From assembly GCF_963921235.1 (NCBI RefSeq), contig NC_086107.1, forward strand, positions 116,066,001-116,130,000: a stretch of 64,000 nucleotides of DNA, written 5' to 3'. Numbering within the stretch: position 1 is the first letter of the stretch; every line of letters begins with the position of its first letter. This document shows positions 12,969 to 28,300 of this stretch, one piece after another. A model generated the notes under the pieces. The model worked only from the letters and a program-made list of their open reading frames with translations, did no database searches and was not told the origin of the DNA. The position numbers and the translations under genes were made by a program. The stretch comes from Mobula hypostoma (taxonomy: Eukaryota).

Positions 12969-13134
12969 CTGTGGGAGAATGAGAGAGAGGAGTCAGGCGC
13001 CATCACTCGCAGGCACAGAGACAAACTGCGCGGGGAGAGTGCAGAAAGGAGGGTAAAACAGTGGGAAGGAGAAAGGGAGAGGGATGGAAGGATACCAGAC
13101 ACGTGCATCCCACGGTACCGGAACATTGACTCAC

Positions 13135-13280
13135 TTCTCCAGGTAATAGATTTTGTGTGTGTATTGCCCCCGCTCGCCATCCTTTTCGTACGGTTCGTTA
13201 ATCAGCACCTCGATGCCGTCCCCTCCTCCCGTGTTCTTCTTGCTGGCCTCGGCCACAGAGTACAACTGTCCGACCTGGTA
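13135..13280 (-). CDS. PITPNB: PITP beta coding exon 3 ([49 protein letters not shown], 146 nt)
   Basis: gtgctcag|TACCAGGTC...CTGGAGAA|gtgagt; PITP motifs [13 protein letters not shown] and GQYTHKIY. Confidence 0.96.
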
Positions 13281-13309
13281 CTGAGCACGATGGAAACAGC
13301 AGCTGGTCA

Positions 13310-16300
13310 AAGAGAGAATAACCCTCCACACCGTCCCATCACACTCAGAGAGAATCTCCCTCCACGCCGTCCCATCACACTCAGAATCTCCCTCCACGCC
13401 GTCCCATCACACTCAGAGAGAATCTCCCTCCACGCCGTCCCATCACACTCAGAATCTCCCTCCACGCCGTCCCGTCACACTCACAGAGAATCTCCCTCCA
13501 CAACGTCCCATCACACTCAGAGAGAATCTCCCTCCACCCCGTCCCATCACACTCAGAGAGAATCTCCCACCACACCGTCCCATCACACTCAGAGAGAAAC
13601 TCCCTCCACACCATCCCATCACTCAGAATCTCCCTCCACACCGTCCAATCACACTCAGAGAGAATCTACCTCCACGCCGTCCCATCACACTCAGAGAGAA
13701 TCTCCCTCCACGCCGTCCCATCACACTCAGAATCTCCCTCCACGCCGTCCCGTCACACTCACAGAGAATCTCCCTCCACAACGTCCCATCACACTCAGAG
13801 AGAATCTCCCTCCACCCCGTCCCATCACACTCAGAGAGAATCTCCCACCACACCGTCCCATCACACTCAGAGAGAAACTCCCTCCACACCATCCCATCAC
13901 TCAGAATCTCCCTCCACACCGTCCAATCACACTCAGAGAGAATCTACCTCCACGCCGTCCCATCACACTCAGAGAGAATCTCCCTCCACACCGTCACATC
14001 ACACTCAGAGAGAATCTCCCTCCACACCGTCCCATCACACTCAGAGAGAATCTCCCTCCACACCGTCCCATCACACTCAGAGAGAATCTCCCTCCACACC
14101 GTCCCATCACAGTCAGAGAGAATCTCCCTCCACACCGTCCAATTACACTCAGAGAGAATCTCCTTCCACGCCGTCCCATCACACTCAGAGCGAATCTCCC
14201 TCCACACCGTCCCATTACACTCAGAGAGAATCTCCCTCCACACCGTCCCATCACAGTCAGAATTTCCCTCCAAACTGTCCCATTACACTCAGAGAGAATC
14301 TCCCTCCACACCATCCCATCACTCACGAATCTCCCTCCACACCGTCCAATCACACTCAGAGAGAATCTCCCTCCACCCCGTCCCATCACACGCAGAGAGA
14401 ATCTCCCTCTACACCGTCCCATCACACTCAGAGAGAATCTCCCACCACACCGTCCCATCACACTCAGAGAGAATCTCCCTCCACACCATCCCATCACGCA
14501 GAATCTCCCTCCACAGCGTCCCATCACACTCAGAGAGAATTTCCCTCCACGCCATCACATCACACTCAGAGAGAATCTCCCTCCATGCCGTCCCATCACA
14601 CTCAGAGAGAATCTCCCTCCGCGCCGTCCCATCACACTCACGAGAGAATCTCCCTCCACGCCGTCCCATGACACTCAGAGAGAATCTACCTCCACGCCGT
14701 CCCATCATACTCAGAGAGAATCTCCCTCCACACCGTCCCATCACTCAGAGAGAATCTCCCTCCACGCCGTCCCATCAGTCAGAGAGAATCTCCCTCCACA
14801 CGGTCCCGTCACACTCAGAGAGAATCTCCCTCCACACCGTCCCATCACACTCAGAGAGAATCTCCCTCCACGCTGTCCCATCACACTCAGAGAGAATCTC
14901 CCTCCACACCGTCCCCTCACACTCAGAGAGAATCTCCCTCCACGCCGTCCCATCACACTCAGAGAGAATCTCCCTCCACACCGTCCCATCACAGTCAGAG
15001 AGAATCTCCCTCCACACTGACCCATCACACTCAGAGAGAATCTCCCTCCACACCGTCCCATCACTCAGAATCTCCCTCCACACCGTCCCATAACACTCAG
15101 AGAGAATCTCCCTCCTCGCCGTCCCATCACTCAGAATCTCCCTCCACGCTGTCCCATCACACTCACAGAGAATCTCCCTCCACAACGTCCCATCACACTC
15201 AGAGAGAATCTCCCTCCACACCGTCCCATCACACTCAGAGAGAATCTCCCTCAACACCGTCCCATCACTCAGAGAGAATCTCCCTCCACACCGTCCCATC
15301 AGTCCGAGAGAATCTCCCTCCACGCCGTCCCATCACACTCAGAGAGAATCTCCCTCCACGCCGTCCCATCACACTCAGAGAGAATCTCCCTCCACGCCGT
15401 CCCATCACACTCAGAGAGAATCTCCCTCCACACCGTCACATCACACTCAGAGAGAATCTCCCTCCACACCGTCCCATCACACTCAGAGAGAATCTCCCTC
15501 CACACCGTCCCATCACACTCAGAGAGAATCTCCCTCCACACCGTCCCATCACAGTCAGAGAGAATCTCCCTCCACACCGTCCAATTACACTCAGAGAGAA
15601 TCTCCTTCCACGCCGTCCCATCACACTCAGAGCGAATCTCCCTCCACACCGTCCCATTACACTCAGAGAGAATCTCCCTCCACACCGTCCCATCACAGTC
15701 AGAATTTCCCTCCAAACTGTCCCATTACACTCAGAGAGAATCTCCCTCCACACCATCCCATCACTCACGAATCTCCCTCCACACCGTCCAATCACACTCA
15801 GAGAGAATCTCCCTCCACCCCGTCCCATCACACGCAGAGAGAATCTCCCTCTACACCGTCCCATCACACTCAGAGAGAATCTCCCACCACACCGTCCCAT
15901 CACACTCAGAGAGAATCTCCCTCCACACCATCCCATCACGCAGAATCTCCCTCCACAGCGTCCCATCACACTCAGAGAGAATTTCCCTCCACGCCATCAC
16001 ATCACACTCAGAGAGAATCTCCCTCCATGCCGTCCCATCACACTCAGAGAGAATCTCCCTCCGCGCCGTCCCATCACACTCACGAGAGAATCTCCCTCCA
16101 CGCCGTCCCATGACACTCAGAGAGAATCTACCACCACGCCGTCCCATCATACTCAGAGAGAATCTCCCTCCACACCGTCCCATCACTCAGAGAGAATCTC
16201 CCTCCACGCCGTCCCATCAGTCAGAGAGAATCTCCCTCCACACGGTCCCGTCACACTCAGAGAGAATCTCCCTCCACACCGTCCCATCACACTCAGAGAG

Positions 16301-19300
16301 AATCTCCCTCCACGCTGTCCCATCACACTCAGAGAGAATCTCCCTCCACACCGTCCCCTCACACTCAGAGAGAATCTCCCTCCACGCCGTCCCATCACAC
16401 TCAGAGAGAATCTCCCTCCACACCGTCCCATCACAGTCAGAGAGAATCTCCCTCCACACTGACCCATCACACTCAGAGAGAATCTCCCTCCACACCGTCC
16501 CATCACTCAGAATCTCCCTCCACACCGTCCCATTACACTCAGAGAGAATCTCCCTCCTCGCCGTCCCATCACTCAGAATCTCCCTCCACGCTGTCCCATC
16601 ACACTCACAGAGAATCTCCCTCCACAACGTCCCATCACACTCAGAGAGAATCTCCCTCCACACCGTCCCATCACACTCAGAGAGAATCTCCCTCAACACC
16701 GTCCCATCACTCAGAGAGAATCTCCCTCCACACCGTCCCATCAGTCCGAGAGAATCTCCCTCCACGCCGTCCCATCACACTCAGAGAGAATCTCCCTCCA
16801 CGCCGTCCCATCACACTCAGAGAGAATCTCCCTCCACGCCGTCCCATCACACTCAGAGAGAATCTCCCTCCACACCGTCCCATCACACTCAGAGAGAATC
16901 TCCCTCCACGCCGTCCCATCACACTCAGAGAGAATCTCCCTCCACACCGTCCCATCACACTCACAGAGAATCTCCCTCCACACCGTCCCATCACACTCAG
17001 AGAGAATCTCCCTCCACACCGTCCCATCAGTCAGAGAGAATCTCCCTCCACACCGTCCCATCACACTCAGAGAGAATCTCCCTCCACACCGTCCCATCAC
17101 ACTCAGAGAGAATCTCCTTCCACGCCGTCCCATCACACTCAGAAAGAATCTCCTTCCACACCGTCCCATCACACTCAGAGAGAATCTCCCTCCACACCGT
17201 CACATCACACTCAGAGAGAATCTCCCTCCACACCGTCCCATCACACTCAGAGAGAATCTCCCACCACACCGTCCCATCACACTCAGAGAGAATCTCCCTC
17301 CACACCATCCCATCACTCAGAATCTCCCTCCACACCGTCCCATCACACTCAGAGAGAATCTCCCTCCACGCCATCACATCACACTCAGAGAGAATCTCCC
17401 TCCACGCCGTCCCATCACACTCAGAGAGAATCTCCCTCCGCGCCGTCCCATCACACTCACGAGAGAATCTCCCTCCACGCCGTCCCATGACACTCAGAGA
17501 GAATGTACCTCCACGCCGTCCCATCACACTCAGAGAGAATCTCCCTCCACACCGTCCCATCACTCAGAGAGAATCTCCCTCCACGCCGTCCCATCACACT
17601 CAGAGAGAATCTCCCTCCACACCGTCCCATCACTCAGAGAGAATCTCCCTCCACGCCGTCCCATCAGTCAGAGAGAATCTCCCTCCACACCGTCCCGTCA
17701 CACTCAGAGAGAATCTCCCTCCACGCAGTCCCATCACACTCAGAGAGAATCTCCCTCCACGCCGTCCCATCACACTCAGAATTTCCCTCCACACCGTCCC
17801 ATGACACTCAGAGAGAATCTCCCTCCACGCAGTCCCATCACACTCAGAGAGAATCTCCCTCCACGCCGTCCCATCACACTCAGAATTTCCCTCCACGCCG
17901 TCCCATCACACTCACAGAGAATCTCCCTCCACAACGTCCCATCACACTCAGAGAGAATCTCCCTCCACGCCGTCCCATCACACTCAGAGAGAATCTCCCT
18001 CCACGCCGTCCCATCACACTCAGAGAGACTCTCCCTCCACGCCGTCCCATCACACTCAGAGAGAATCTCCCTCCACACCGTCCCATCACGTAGAGAGAAT
18101 CTCCCTCCATGCCGTCCCATCAGTCAGAGAGAATCTCTCTCTACACCGTCCCATCACACTCAGAGAGAATATCCCTCCACACCGTCCCATCACACTCAGA
18201 CAGAATCTCCCTCCACGCCGTCCCATGACACTCAGAGAGAATCTCCCTCCACACCGTCCCATTACACTCAGAGAGAATCTCCCTCCACGCCGTCCCATCA
18301 CACTCAGAGAGAATCTCCCTCCACACCGTCCCATCACACTCACAGAGAATCTCCCTCCACACCGTCCCATCACACTCAGAGAGAATCACCCTCCAAACTG
18401 TCCCATTACACTCAGAGAAAATCTCCCTCCACACCATCCCATCACTCAGAATCTCCCTCCACACCGTCCCATCACACTCAGAGAGAATCTCCCTCCACGC
18501 CGTCACATCACACTCAGAGAGAATCTCCCTCCACGCCGTCACATCACACTCAGAGAGAATCTCCCTCCACGCCGTCCCATCACACTCACGAGAGAATCTC
18601 CCTCCACGCCGTCCCATGACACTCAGAGAGAACCTACCTCCACGCCGTCCCATCACACTCAGAGAGAATCTCCCTCCACACCGTCCCATCACTCAGAGAG
18701 AATCTCCCTCCACACCGTCCCATCACACTCAGAGAGAATCTCCCTCCACACCGTCCCATCACACTCAGAGAGAATCTCCCTCCACACCGTCCCATTACAT
18801 TCTGACAGAATCTCCCTCCACACCGTCCCATCACACTCACGAGAGAATCTCCCTCCACGCCGTCCCATGACACTCAGAGAGAATCTACCTCCACGCCGTC
18901 CCATCATACTCAGAGAGAATCTCCCTCCACACCGTCCCATCACTCAGAGAGAATCTCCCTCCACGCCGTCCCATCAGTCAGAGAGAATCTCCCTCCACAC
19001 GGTCCCGTCACACTCAGAGAGAATCTCCCTCCACACCGACCCATCACACTCAGAGAGAATCTCCCTCCACGCTGTCCCATCACACTCAGAGAGAATCTCC
19101 CTCCACACCGTCCCCTCACACTCAGAGAGAATCTCCCTCCACGCCGTCCCATCACACTCAGAGAGAATCTCCCTCCACACCGTCCCATCACAGTCAGAGA
19201 GAATCTCCCTCCACACTGACCCATCACACTCAGAGAGAATCTCCCTCCACACCGTCCCATCACTCAGAATCTCCCTCCACACCGTCCCATTACACTCAGA

Positions 19301-22300
19301 GAGAATCTCCCTCCTCGCCGTCCCATCACTCAGAATCTCCCTCCACGCTGTCCCATCACACTCACAGAGAATCTCCCTCCACAACGTCCCATCACACTCA
19401 GAGAGAATCTCCCTCCACACCGTCCCATCACACTCAGAGAGAATCTCCCTCAACACCGTCCCATCACTCAGAGAGAATCTCCCTCCACACCGTCCCATCA
19501 GTCCGAGAGAATCTCCCTCCACGCCGTCCCATCACACTCAGAGAGAATCTCCCTCCACGCCGTCCCATCACACTCAGAGAGAATCTCCCTCCACGCCGTC
19601 CCATCACACTCAGAGAGAATCTCCCTCCACACCGTCCCATCACACTCAGAGAGAATCTCCCTCCACGCCGTCCCATCACACTCAGAGAGAATCTCCCTCC
19701 ACACCGTCCCATCACACTCACAGAGAATCTCCCTCCACACCGTCCCATCACACTCAGAGAGAATCTCCCTCCACACCGTCCCATCAGTCAGACAGAATCT
19801 CCCTCCACACCGTCCCATCACACTCAGAGAGAATCTCCCTCCACACCGTCCCATCACACTCAGAGAGAATCTCCTTCCACGCCGTCCCATCACACTCAGA
19901 AAGAATCTCCTTCCACACCGTCCCATCACACTCAGAGAGAATCTCCCTCCACACCGTCACATCACACTCAGAGAGAATCTCCCTCCACACCGTCCCATCA
20001 CACTCAGAGAGAATCTCCGTCCACACCATCCCATCACTCACGAATCTCCCTCCACACCGTCCAATCACACTCAGAGAGAATCTCCCTCCACCCCGTTCCA
20101 TCACACTCAGAGAGAATCTCCCTCCACACCGTCCCATCACACTCAGAGAGAATCTCCCACCACACCGTCCCATCACACTCAGAGAGAATCTCCCTCCACA
20201 CCATCCCATCACTCAGAATCTCCCTCCACACCGTCCCATCACACTCAGAGAGAATCTCCCTCCACGCCATCACATCACACTCAGAGAGAATCTCCCTCCA
20301 CGCCGTCCCATCACACTCAGAGAGAATCTCCCTCCGCGCCGTCCCATCACACTCACGAGAGAATCTCCCTCCACGCCGTCCCATGACACTCAGAGAGAAT
20401 GTACCTCCACGCCGTCCCATCACACTCAGAGAGAATCTCCCTCCACACCGTCCCATCACTCAGAGAGAATCTCCCTCCACGCCGTCCCATCACACTCAGA
20501 GAGAATCTCCCTCCACACCGTCCCATCACTCAGAGAGAATCTCCCTCCACGCCGTCCCATCAGTCAGAGAGAATCTCCCTCCACACCGTCCCGTCACACT
20601 CAGAGAGAATCTCCCTCCACGCAGTCCCATCACACTCAGAGAGAATCTCCCTCCACGCCGTCCCATCACACTCAGAATTTCCCTCCACACCGTCCCATGA
20701 CACTCAGAGAGAATCTCCCTCCACGCAGTCCCATCACACTCAGAGAGAATCTCCCTCCACGCCGTCCCATCACACTCAGAATTTCCCTCCACGCCGTCCC
20801 ATCACACTCACAGAGAATCTCCCTCCACAACGTCCCATCACACTCAGAGAGAATCTCCCTCCACGCCGTCCCATCACACTCAGAGAGAATCTCCCTCCAC
20901 GCCGTCCCATCACACTCAGAGAGAATCTCCCTCCACGCCGTCCCATCACACTCAGAGAGAATCTCCCTCCACACCGTCCCATCACGTAGAGAGAATCTCC
21001 CTCCATGCCGTCCCATCAGTCAGAGAGAATCTCTCTCTACACCGTCCCATCACACTCAGAGAGAATATCCCTCCACACCGTCCCATCACACTCAGAGAGA
21101 ATCTCCCTCCACACCATCCCATCACACTCAGAGAGAATCTCCCTCCACGCCGTCCCATGACACTCAGAGAGAATCTCCCTCCACACCGTCCCATTACACT
21201 CAGAGAGAATCTCCCTCCACGCCGTCCCATCACACTCAGAGAGAATCTCCCTCCACACCGTCCCATCACACTCACAGAGAATCTCCCTCCACACCGTCCC
21301 ATCACACTCAGAGAGAATCACCCTCCAAACTGTCCCATTACACTCAGAGAAAATCTCCCTCCACACCATCCCATCACTCAGAATCTCCCTCCACACCGTC
21401 CCATCACACTCAGAGAGAATCTCCCTCCACGCCGTCACATCACACTCAGAGAGAATCTCCCTCCACGCCGTCACATCACACTCAGAGAGAATCTCCCTCC
21501 ACGCCGTCCCATCACACTCACGAGAGAATCTCCCTCCACGCCGTCCCATGACACTCAGAGAGAACCTACCTCCACGCCGTCCCATCACACTCAGAGAGAA
21601 TCTCCCTCCACACCGTCCCATCACTCAGAGAGAATCTCCCTCCACACCGTCCCATCACACTCAGAGAGAATCTCCCTCCACACCGTCCCATCACACTCAG
21701 AGAGAATCTCCCTCCACACCGTCCCATTACATTCTGACAGAATCTCCCTCCACACCGTCCCATCAGTCAGAGAGAATCTCCCTCCACACCGTCCCATCAC
21801 ACTCAGAGAGAATCTCCCTCCACACCGTCCCATCATACTCAGAGAGAATCTCCTTCCACGCCATCCCATCACACTCAGAGAGAATCTCCCTCCACACCGT
21901 CCCATCACACTCAGAGAGAGTCTCCCTCCACACCGTCCCATAACTCAGAATCTCCCTCCACACCATCCCATCACAGTCCGAATCTCCCTCCAAACCGTCC
22001 CATTACACTCAGAGAGAATCTCCCTCCACTCCGTCCCATCACACTCAGAGAGAATCTCCCTCTACGCCGTCACATCACACTCAGAGAGAATCTCCCTCCA
22101 CACCGTCCCATCACAGTCAGTGGGAGATTCTCCCTCCACACCGTCCCATCACTCAGAATCTCCCTCCACACCGTCCCATCACTCAGAATCTCCCTCCACG
22201 CCGTCCCATCACACTCACGAGAGAATCTCCCTCCACACCGTCCCATGACACTCAGAGAGAATCTCCCTCCACGCCGTCCCATCACACTCAGAGAGAATCT

Positions 22301-25300
22301 CCCTCCACGCCGTCCCATGACACTCAGAGAGAATGTACCTCCACGCCGTCCCATCACACTCAGAGAGAATCTCCCTCCACACCGTCCCATCACTCAGAGA
22401 GAATCTCCCTCCACGCCGTCCCATCACACTCAGAGAGAATCTCCCTCCACACCGTCCCATCACTCAGAGAGAATCTCCCTCCACGCCGTCCCATCAGTCA
22501 GAGAGAATCTCCCTCCACACCGTCCCGTCACACTCAGAGAGAATCTCCCTCCACGCAGTCCCATCACACTCAGAGAGAATCTCCCTCCACGCCGTCCCAT
22601 CACACTCAGAATTTCCCTCCACACCGTCCCATGACACTCAGAGAGAATCTCCCTCCACGCAGTCCCATCACACTCAGAGAGAATCTCCCTCCACGCCGTC
22701 CCATCACACTCAGAATTTCCCTCCACGCCGTCCCATCACACTCACAGAGAATCTATCTCCACAACGTCCCATCACACTCAGAGAGAATCTCCCTCCACGC
22801 CGTCCCATCACACTCAGAGAGAATCTCCCTCCACGCCGTCCCATCACACTCAGAGAGAATCTCCCTCCACACCGTCCCATCACGTAGAGAGAATCTCCCT
22901 CCATGCCGTCCCATCAGTCAGAGAGAATCTCTCTCTACACCGTCCCATCACACTCAGAGAGAATATCCCTCCACACCGTCCCATCACACTCAGACAGAAT
23001 CTCCCTCCACGCCGTCCCATGACACTCAGAGAGAATCTCCCTCCACACCGTCCCATTACACTCAGAGAGAATCTCCCTCCACGCCGTCCCATCACACTCA
23101 GAGAGAATCTCCCTCCACACCGTCCCATCACACTCACAGAGAATCTCCCTCCACACCGTCCCATCACACTCAGAGAGAATCACCCTCCATACCGTCCCAT
23201 CAGTCAGAGAGAATCTCCCTCCACACCGTCCCATCACACTCAGAGAGAATCTCCCTCCACACCGTCCCATCACACTCAGAGAGAATCTCCTTCCACGCCA
23301 TCCCATCACACTCAGAGAGAATCTCCCTCCACACCGTCCCATTACACTCAGAGAGAATCTCCTTCCACGCCGTCCCATCACACTCAGAGCGAATCTCCCT
23401 CCACACCGTCCCATTACACTCAGAGAGAATCTCCCTCCACACCGTCCCATCACAGTCAGAATCTCCCTCCAAACTGTCCCATTACACTCAGAGAAAATCT
23501 CCCTCCACACCATCCCATCACTCAGAATCTCCCTCCACACCGTCCCATCACACTCAGAGAGAATCTCCCTCCACGCCGTCACATCACACTCAGAGAGAAT
23601 CTCCCTCCACGCCGTCACATCACACTCAGAGAGAATCTCCCTCCACGCCGTCCCATCACACTCACGAGAGAATCTCCCACCACGCCGTCCCATGACACTC
23701 AGAGAGAACCTACCTCCACGCCGTCCCATCACACTCAGAGAGAATCTCCCTCCACACCGTCCCACCACTCAGAGAGAATCTCCCTCCACACCGTCCCATC
23801 ACACTCAGAGAGAATCTCCCTCCACACCGTCCCATCACACTCAGAGAGAATCTCCCTCCACACCGTCCCATTACATTCTGACAGAATCTCCCTCCACACC
23901 GTCCCATCAGTCAGAGAGAATCTCCCTCCACACCGTCCCATCACACTCAGAGAGAATCTCCCTCCACACCGTCCCATCATACTCAGAGAGAATCTCCTTC
24001 CACGCCATCCCATCACACTCAGAGAGAATCTCCCTCCACACCGTCCCATCACACTCAGAGAGAGTCTCCCTCCACACCGTCCCATAACTCAGAATCTCCC
24101 TCCACACCATCCCATCACACTCAGAGAGAATCTCCCTCCACGCCGTCCCATCACACTCAGAGAGAATCTCCCTCCACGCCGTCCCATCACACTCAGAGAG
24201 AATCTCCCTCCACGCCGTCCCATCACACTCAGAGAGAATCTCCCTCCACGCCGTCCCATCACACTCAGAGAGAATCTCCCTCCACGCCGTCCCATCACAC
24301 TCAGAGAGAATATCCCTCCACGCCGTCCCATTACACTCAGAATCTCCCTCCACACCGTCCCATCACAGTCCGAATCTCCCTCCAAACCGTCCCATTACAC
24401 TCAGAGAGAATCTCCCTCCACTCCGTCCCATCACACTCAGAGAGAATCTCCCTCTACGCCGTCACATCACACTCAGAGAGAATCTCCCTCCACACCGTCC
24501 CATCACAGTCAGTGGGAGATTCTCACTCCACACCGTCCCATCACTCAGAATCTCCCTCCACACCGTCCCATCACTCAGAATCTCCCTCCACGCCGTCCCA
24601 TCACACTCACGAGAGAATCTCCCTCCACACCGTCCCATGACACTCAGAGAGAATCTCCCTCCACGCCGTCCCATCACACTCAGAGAGAATCTCCCTCCAC
24701 GCCGTCCCATGACACTCAGAATCTCCCTCCACGCTGTCCCATCACACTCACAGAGAATCTCCCTCCACAACGTCCCATCACACTCAGAGAGAATCTCCCT
24801 CCACACCGTCCCATCACACTCAGAGAGAATCTCCCTCCACACCGTCCCATCACTCAGAGAGAATCTCCCTCCACACCGTCCCATCAGTCCGAGAGAATCT
24901 CCCTCCACGCCGTCCCATCACACTCAGAGAGAATCTCCCTCCACGCCGTCCCATCACACTCAGAGAGAATCTCCCTCCACGCCGTCCCATCACACTCAGA
25001 GAGAATCTCCCTCCACACCGTCCCATCACACTCAGACAGAATCTCCCTCCACGCCGTCCCATGACACTCAGAGAGAATCTCCCTCCACGCCGTCCCATGA
25101 CACTCAGAGAGAATCTCCCTCCACGCCGTCCCATCACACTCAGAGAGAATCTCCCTCCACACCGTCCCATCACACTCACAGAGAATCTCCCTCCACACCG
25201 TCCCATCACACTCAGAGAGAATCTCCCTCCACACCGTCCCATCAGTCAGAGAGAATCTCCCTCCACACCGTCCCATCACACTCAGAGAGAATCTCCCTCC

Positions 25301-28300
25301 ACACCGTCCCATCACACTCAGAGAGAATCTCCTTCCACGCCGTCCCATCACACTCAGAAAGAATCTCCTTCCACACCGTCCCATCACACTCAGAGAGAAT
25401 CTCCCTCCACACCGTCACATCACACTCAGAGAGAATCTCCCTCCACACCGTCCCATCACACTCAGAGAGAATCTCCGTCCACACCATCCCATCACTCACG
25501 AATCTCCCTCCACACCGTCCAATCACACTCAGAGAGAATCTCCCTCCACACCGTCCCATCACACTCAGAGAGAATCTCCCTCCACACCATCCCATCACTC
25601 ACGAATCTCCCTCCACACCGTCCAATCACACTCAGAGAGAATCTCCCTCCACCCCGTCCCATCACACTCAGAGAGAATCTCCCTCCACACCGTCCCATCA
25701 CACTCAGAGAGAATCTCCCACCACACCGTCCCATCACACTCAGAGAGAATCTCCCTCCACACCATCCCATCACTCAGAATCTCCCTCCACACCGTCCCAT
25801 CACACTCAGAGAGAATCTCCCTCCACGCCATCACATCACACTCAGAGAGAATCTCCCTCCACGCCGTCCCATCACACTCAGAGAGAATCTCCCTCCGCGC
25901 CGTCCCATCACACTCACGAGAGAATCTCCCTCCACGCCGTCCCATGACACTCAGAGAGAATCTACCTCCACGCCGTCCCATCACACTCAGAGAGAATCTC
26001 CCTCCACACCGTCCCATCACTCAGAGAGAATCTCCCTCCACGCCGTCCCATCAGTCAGAGAGAATCTCCCTCCACACCGTCCCGTCACACTCAGAGAGTG
26101 TCTCCCTCCACACCGTCCCATCACACTCAGAGAGAATCTCCCTCCACGCTGTCCCATCACACTCAGAGAGAATCTCCCTCCACACCGTCCCATCACACTC
26201 AGAGAGAATCTCCCTCCACGCCGTCCCATCACACTCAGAGAGAATCTCCCTCCACGCCATCCCATCACACTCAGAGAGAATCACCCTCCACGCCGTCCCA
26301 TCACACTCAGAGAGAATCTCCCTCCACACCGTCCCATCACAGTCAGAGAGAATCTCCCTCCACACTGACCCATCACACTCAGAGAGAATCTCCCTCCACA
26401 CCGTCCCATCACTCAGAATCTCCCTCCACACCGTACCATTACACTCAGAGAGAATCTCCCTCCTCGCCGTCCCATCACTCAGAATCTCCCACCACACCGT
26501 CCCATTACACTCAGAGAGAATGTCCCTCCTCGCCGTCGCATCACTCAGAATCTGCCTCCACACCGTCCCATTACACTCAGAGAAAATCTCCCTCCACACC
26601 TTCCCATCACAGTCAGAGAGAATCTCCCTCCACACCGTCACATCACACTCAGAGAGAATCTCCCTCCACACCGTCCCATCACACTCAGAGAGAATCTCCC
26701 TCCACACCGTCCCATCACTCAGAATCTCCCTCCACACCGTCCCATCACTCAGAATCTCCCTCCACGCCGTCCCATCACACTCACGAGAGAATCTCCCTCC
26801 ACACCGTCCCATGACACTCAGAGAGAATCTCCCTCCACGCAGTCCCATCACACTCAGAGAGAATCTCCCTCCACGCCGTCCCATCACACTCAGAATTTCC
26901 CTCCACGCCGTCCCATCACACTCACAGAGAATCTCCCTCCACAACGTCCCATCACACTCAGAGAGAATCTCCCTCCATGCCGTCCCATCAGTCAGAGAGA
27001 ATCTCTCTCTACACCGTCCCATCACACTCAGAGAGAATCTCCCTCCACGCCGTCCCATCACACTCAGAGAGAATCTCCCTCCACACCGTCCCATCACACT
27101 CAGACAGAATCTCCCTCCACGCCGTCCCATGACACTCAGAGAGAATCTCCCTCCACACCGTCCCATTACACTCAGAGAGAATCTCCCTCCACGCCGTCCC
27201 ATCACACTCAGAGAGAATCTCCCTCCACACCGTCCCATCACACTCACAGAGAATCTCCCTCCACACCGTCCCATCACACTCAGAGAGAATCACCCTCCAT
27301 ACCGTCCCATCAGTCAGAGAGAATCTCCCTCCACACCGTCCCATCACAGTCAGAGAGAATCTCCCTCCACAACGTCCCATCACACTCAGAGAGAATCTCC
27401 TTCCACGCCATCCCATCACACTCAGAGAGAATCTCCCTCCACACCGTCCCATTACACTCAGAGAGAATCTCCTTCCACGCCGTCCCATCACACTCAGAGC
27501 GAATCTCCCTCCACACCGTCCCATCACAGTCAGAATCTCCCTCCAAACTGTCCCATTACACTCAGAGAAAATCTCCCTCCACACCATCCCATCACTCAGA
27601 ATCTCCCTCCACACCGTCCAATCACACTCAGAGAGAATCTCCCTCCACACCGTCCCATCACACTGAGAGAGAATCTCCCTCCACGCCGTCACATCACACT
27701 CAGAGAGAATCTCCCTCCACGCCGTCCCATCACACTCAGAGAGAATCTCCCTCCACGCCGTCCCATCACACTCACGAGAGAATCTCCCTCCACGCCGTCC
27801 CATGACACTCAGAGAGAACCTACCTCCACGCCGTCCCATCACACTCAGAGAGAATCTCCCTCCACACCGTCCCATCACTCAGAGAAAATCTCCCTCCACG
27901 CCGTCCCATCAGTCAGAGAGAATCTCCCTCCACACCGTCCCGTCACACTCAGAGAGAATCTCCCTCCACACCGTCCCATGACACTCAGAGAGAATCTCCC
28001 TCCACGCCGTCCCATCACAGTCAGAGAGAATCTCCCTCCACACCGTCCCATCACACTCAGAGAGAATCTCCCTCCACGCCGTCCCATCACACTCAGAGAG
28101 AATCTCCCTCCACGCCGTCCCATCACGCTCAGAGAGAATCTCCCTCCACGCCGTCCCATCACACTCAGAGATAATCTCCCTCCACGCCGTCCCATCACAC
28201 TCAGAGAGAATCTCCCTCCACGCCGTCCCATCACACTCAGAGAGAATCTCCCTCCACGCCGTCCTATCACACTCAGAGAGAATCTCCCTCCACACCGTCC

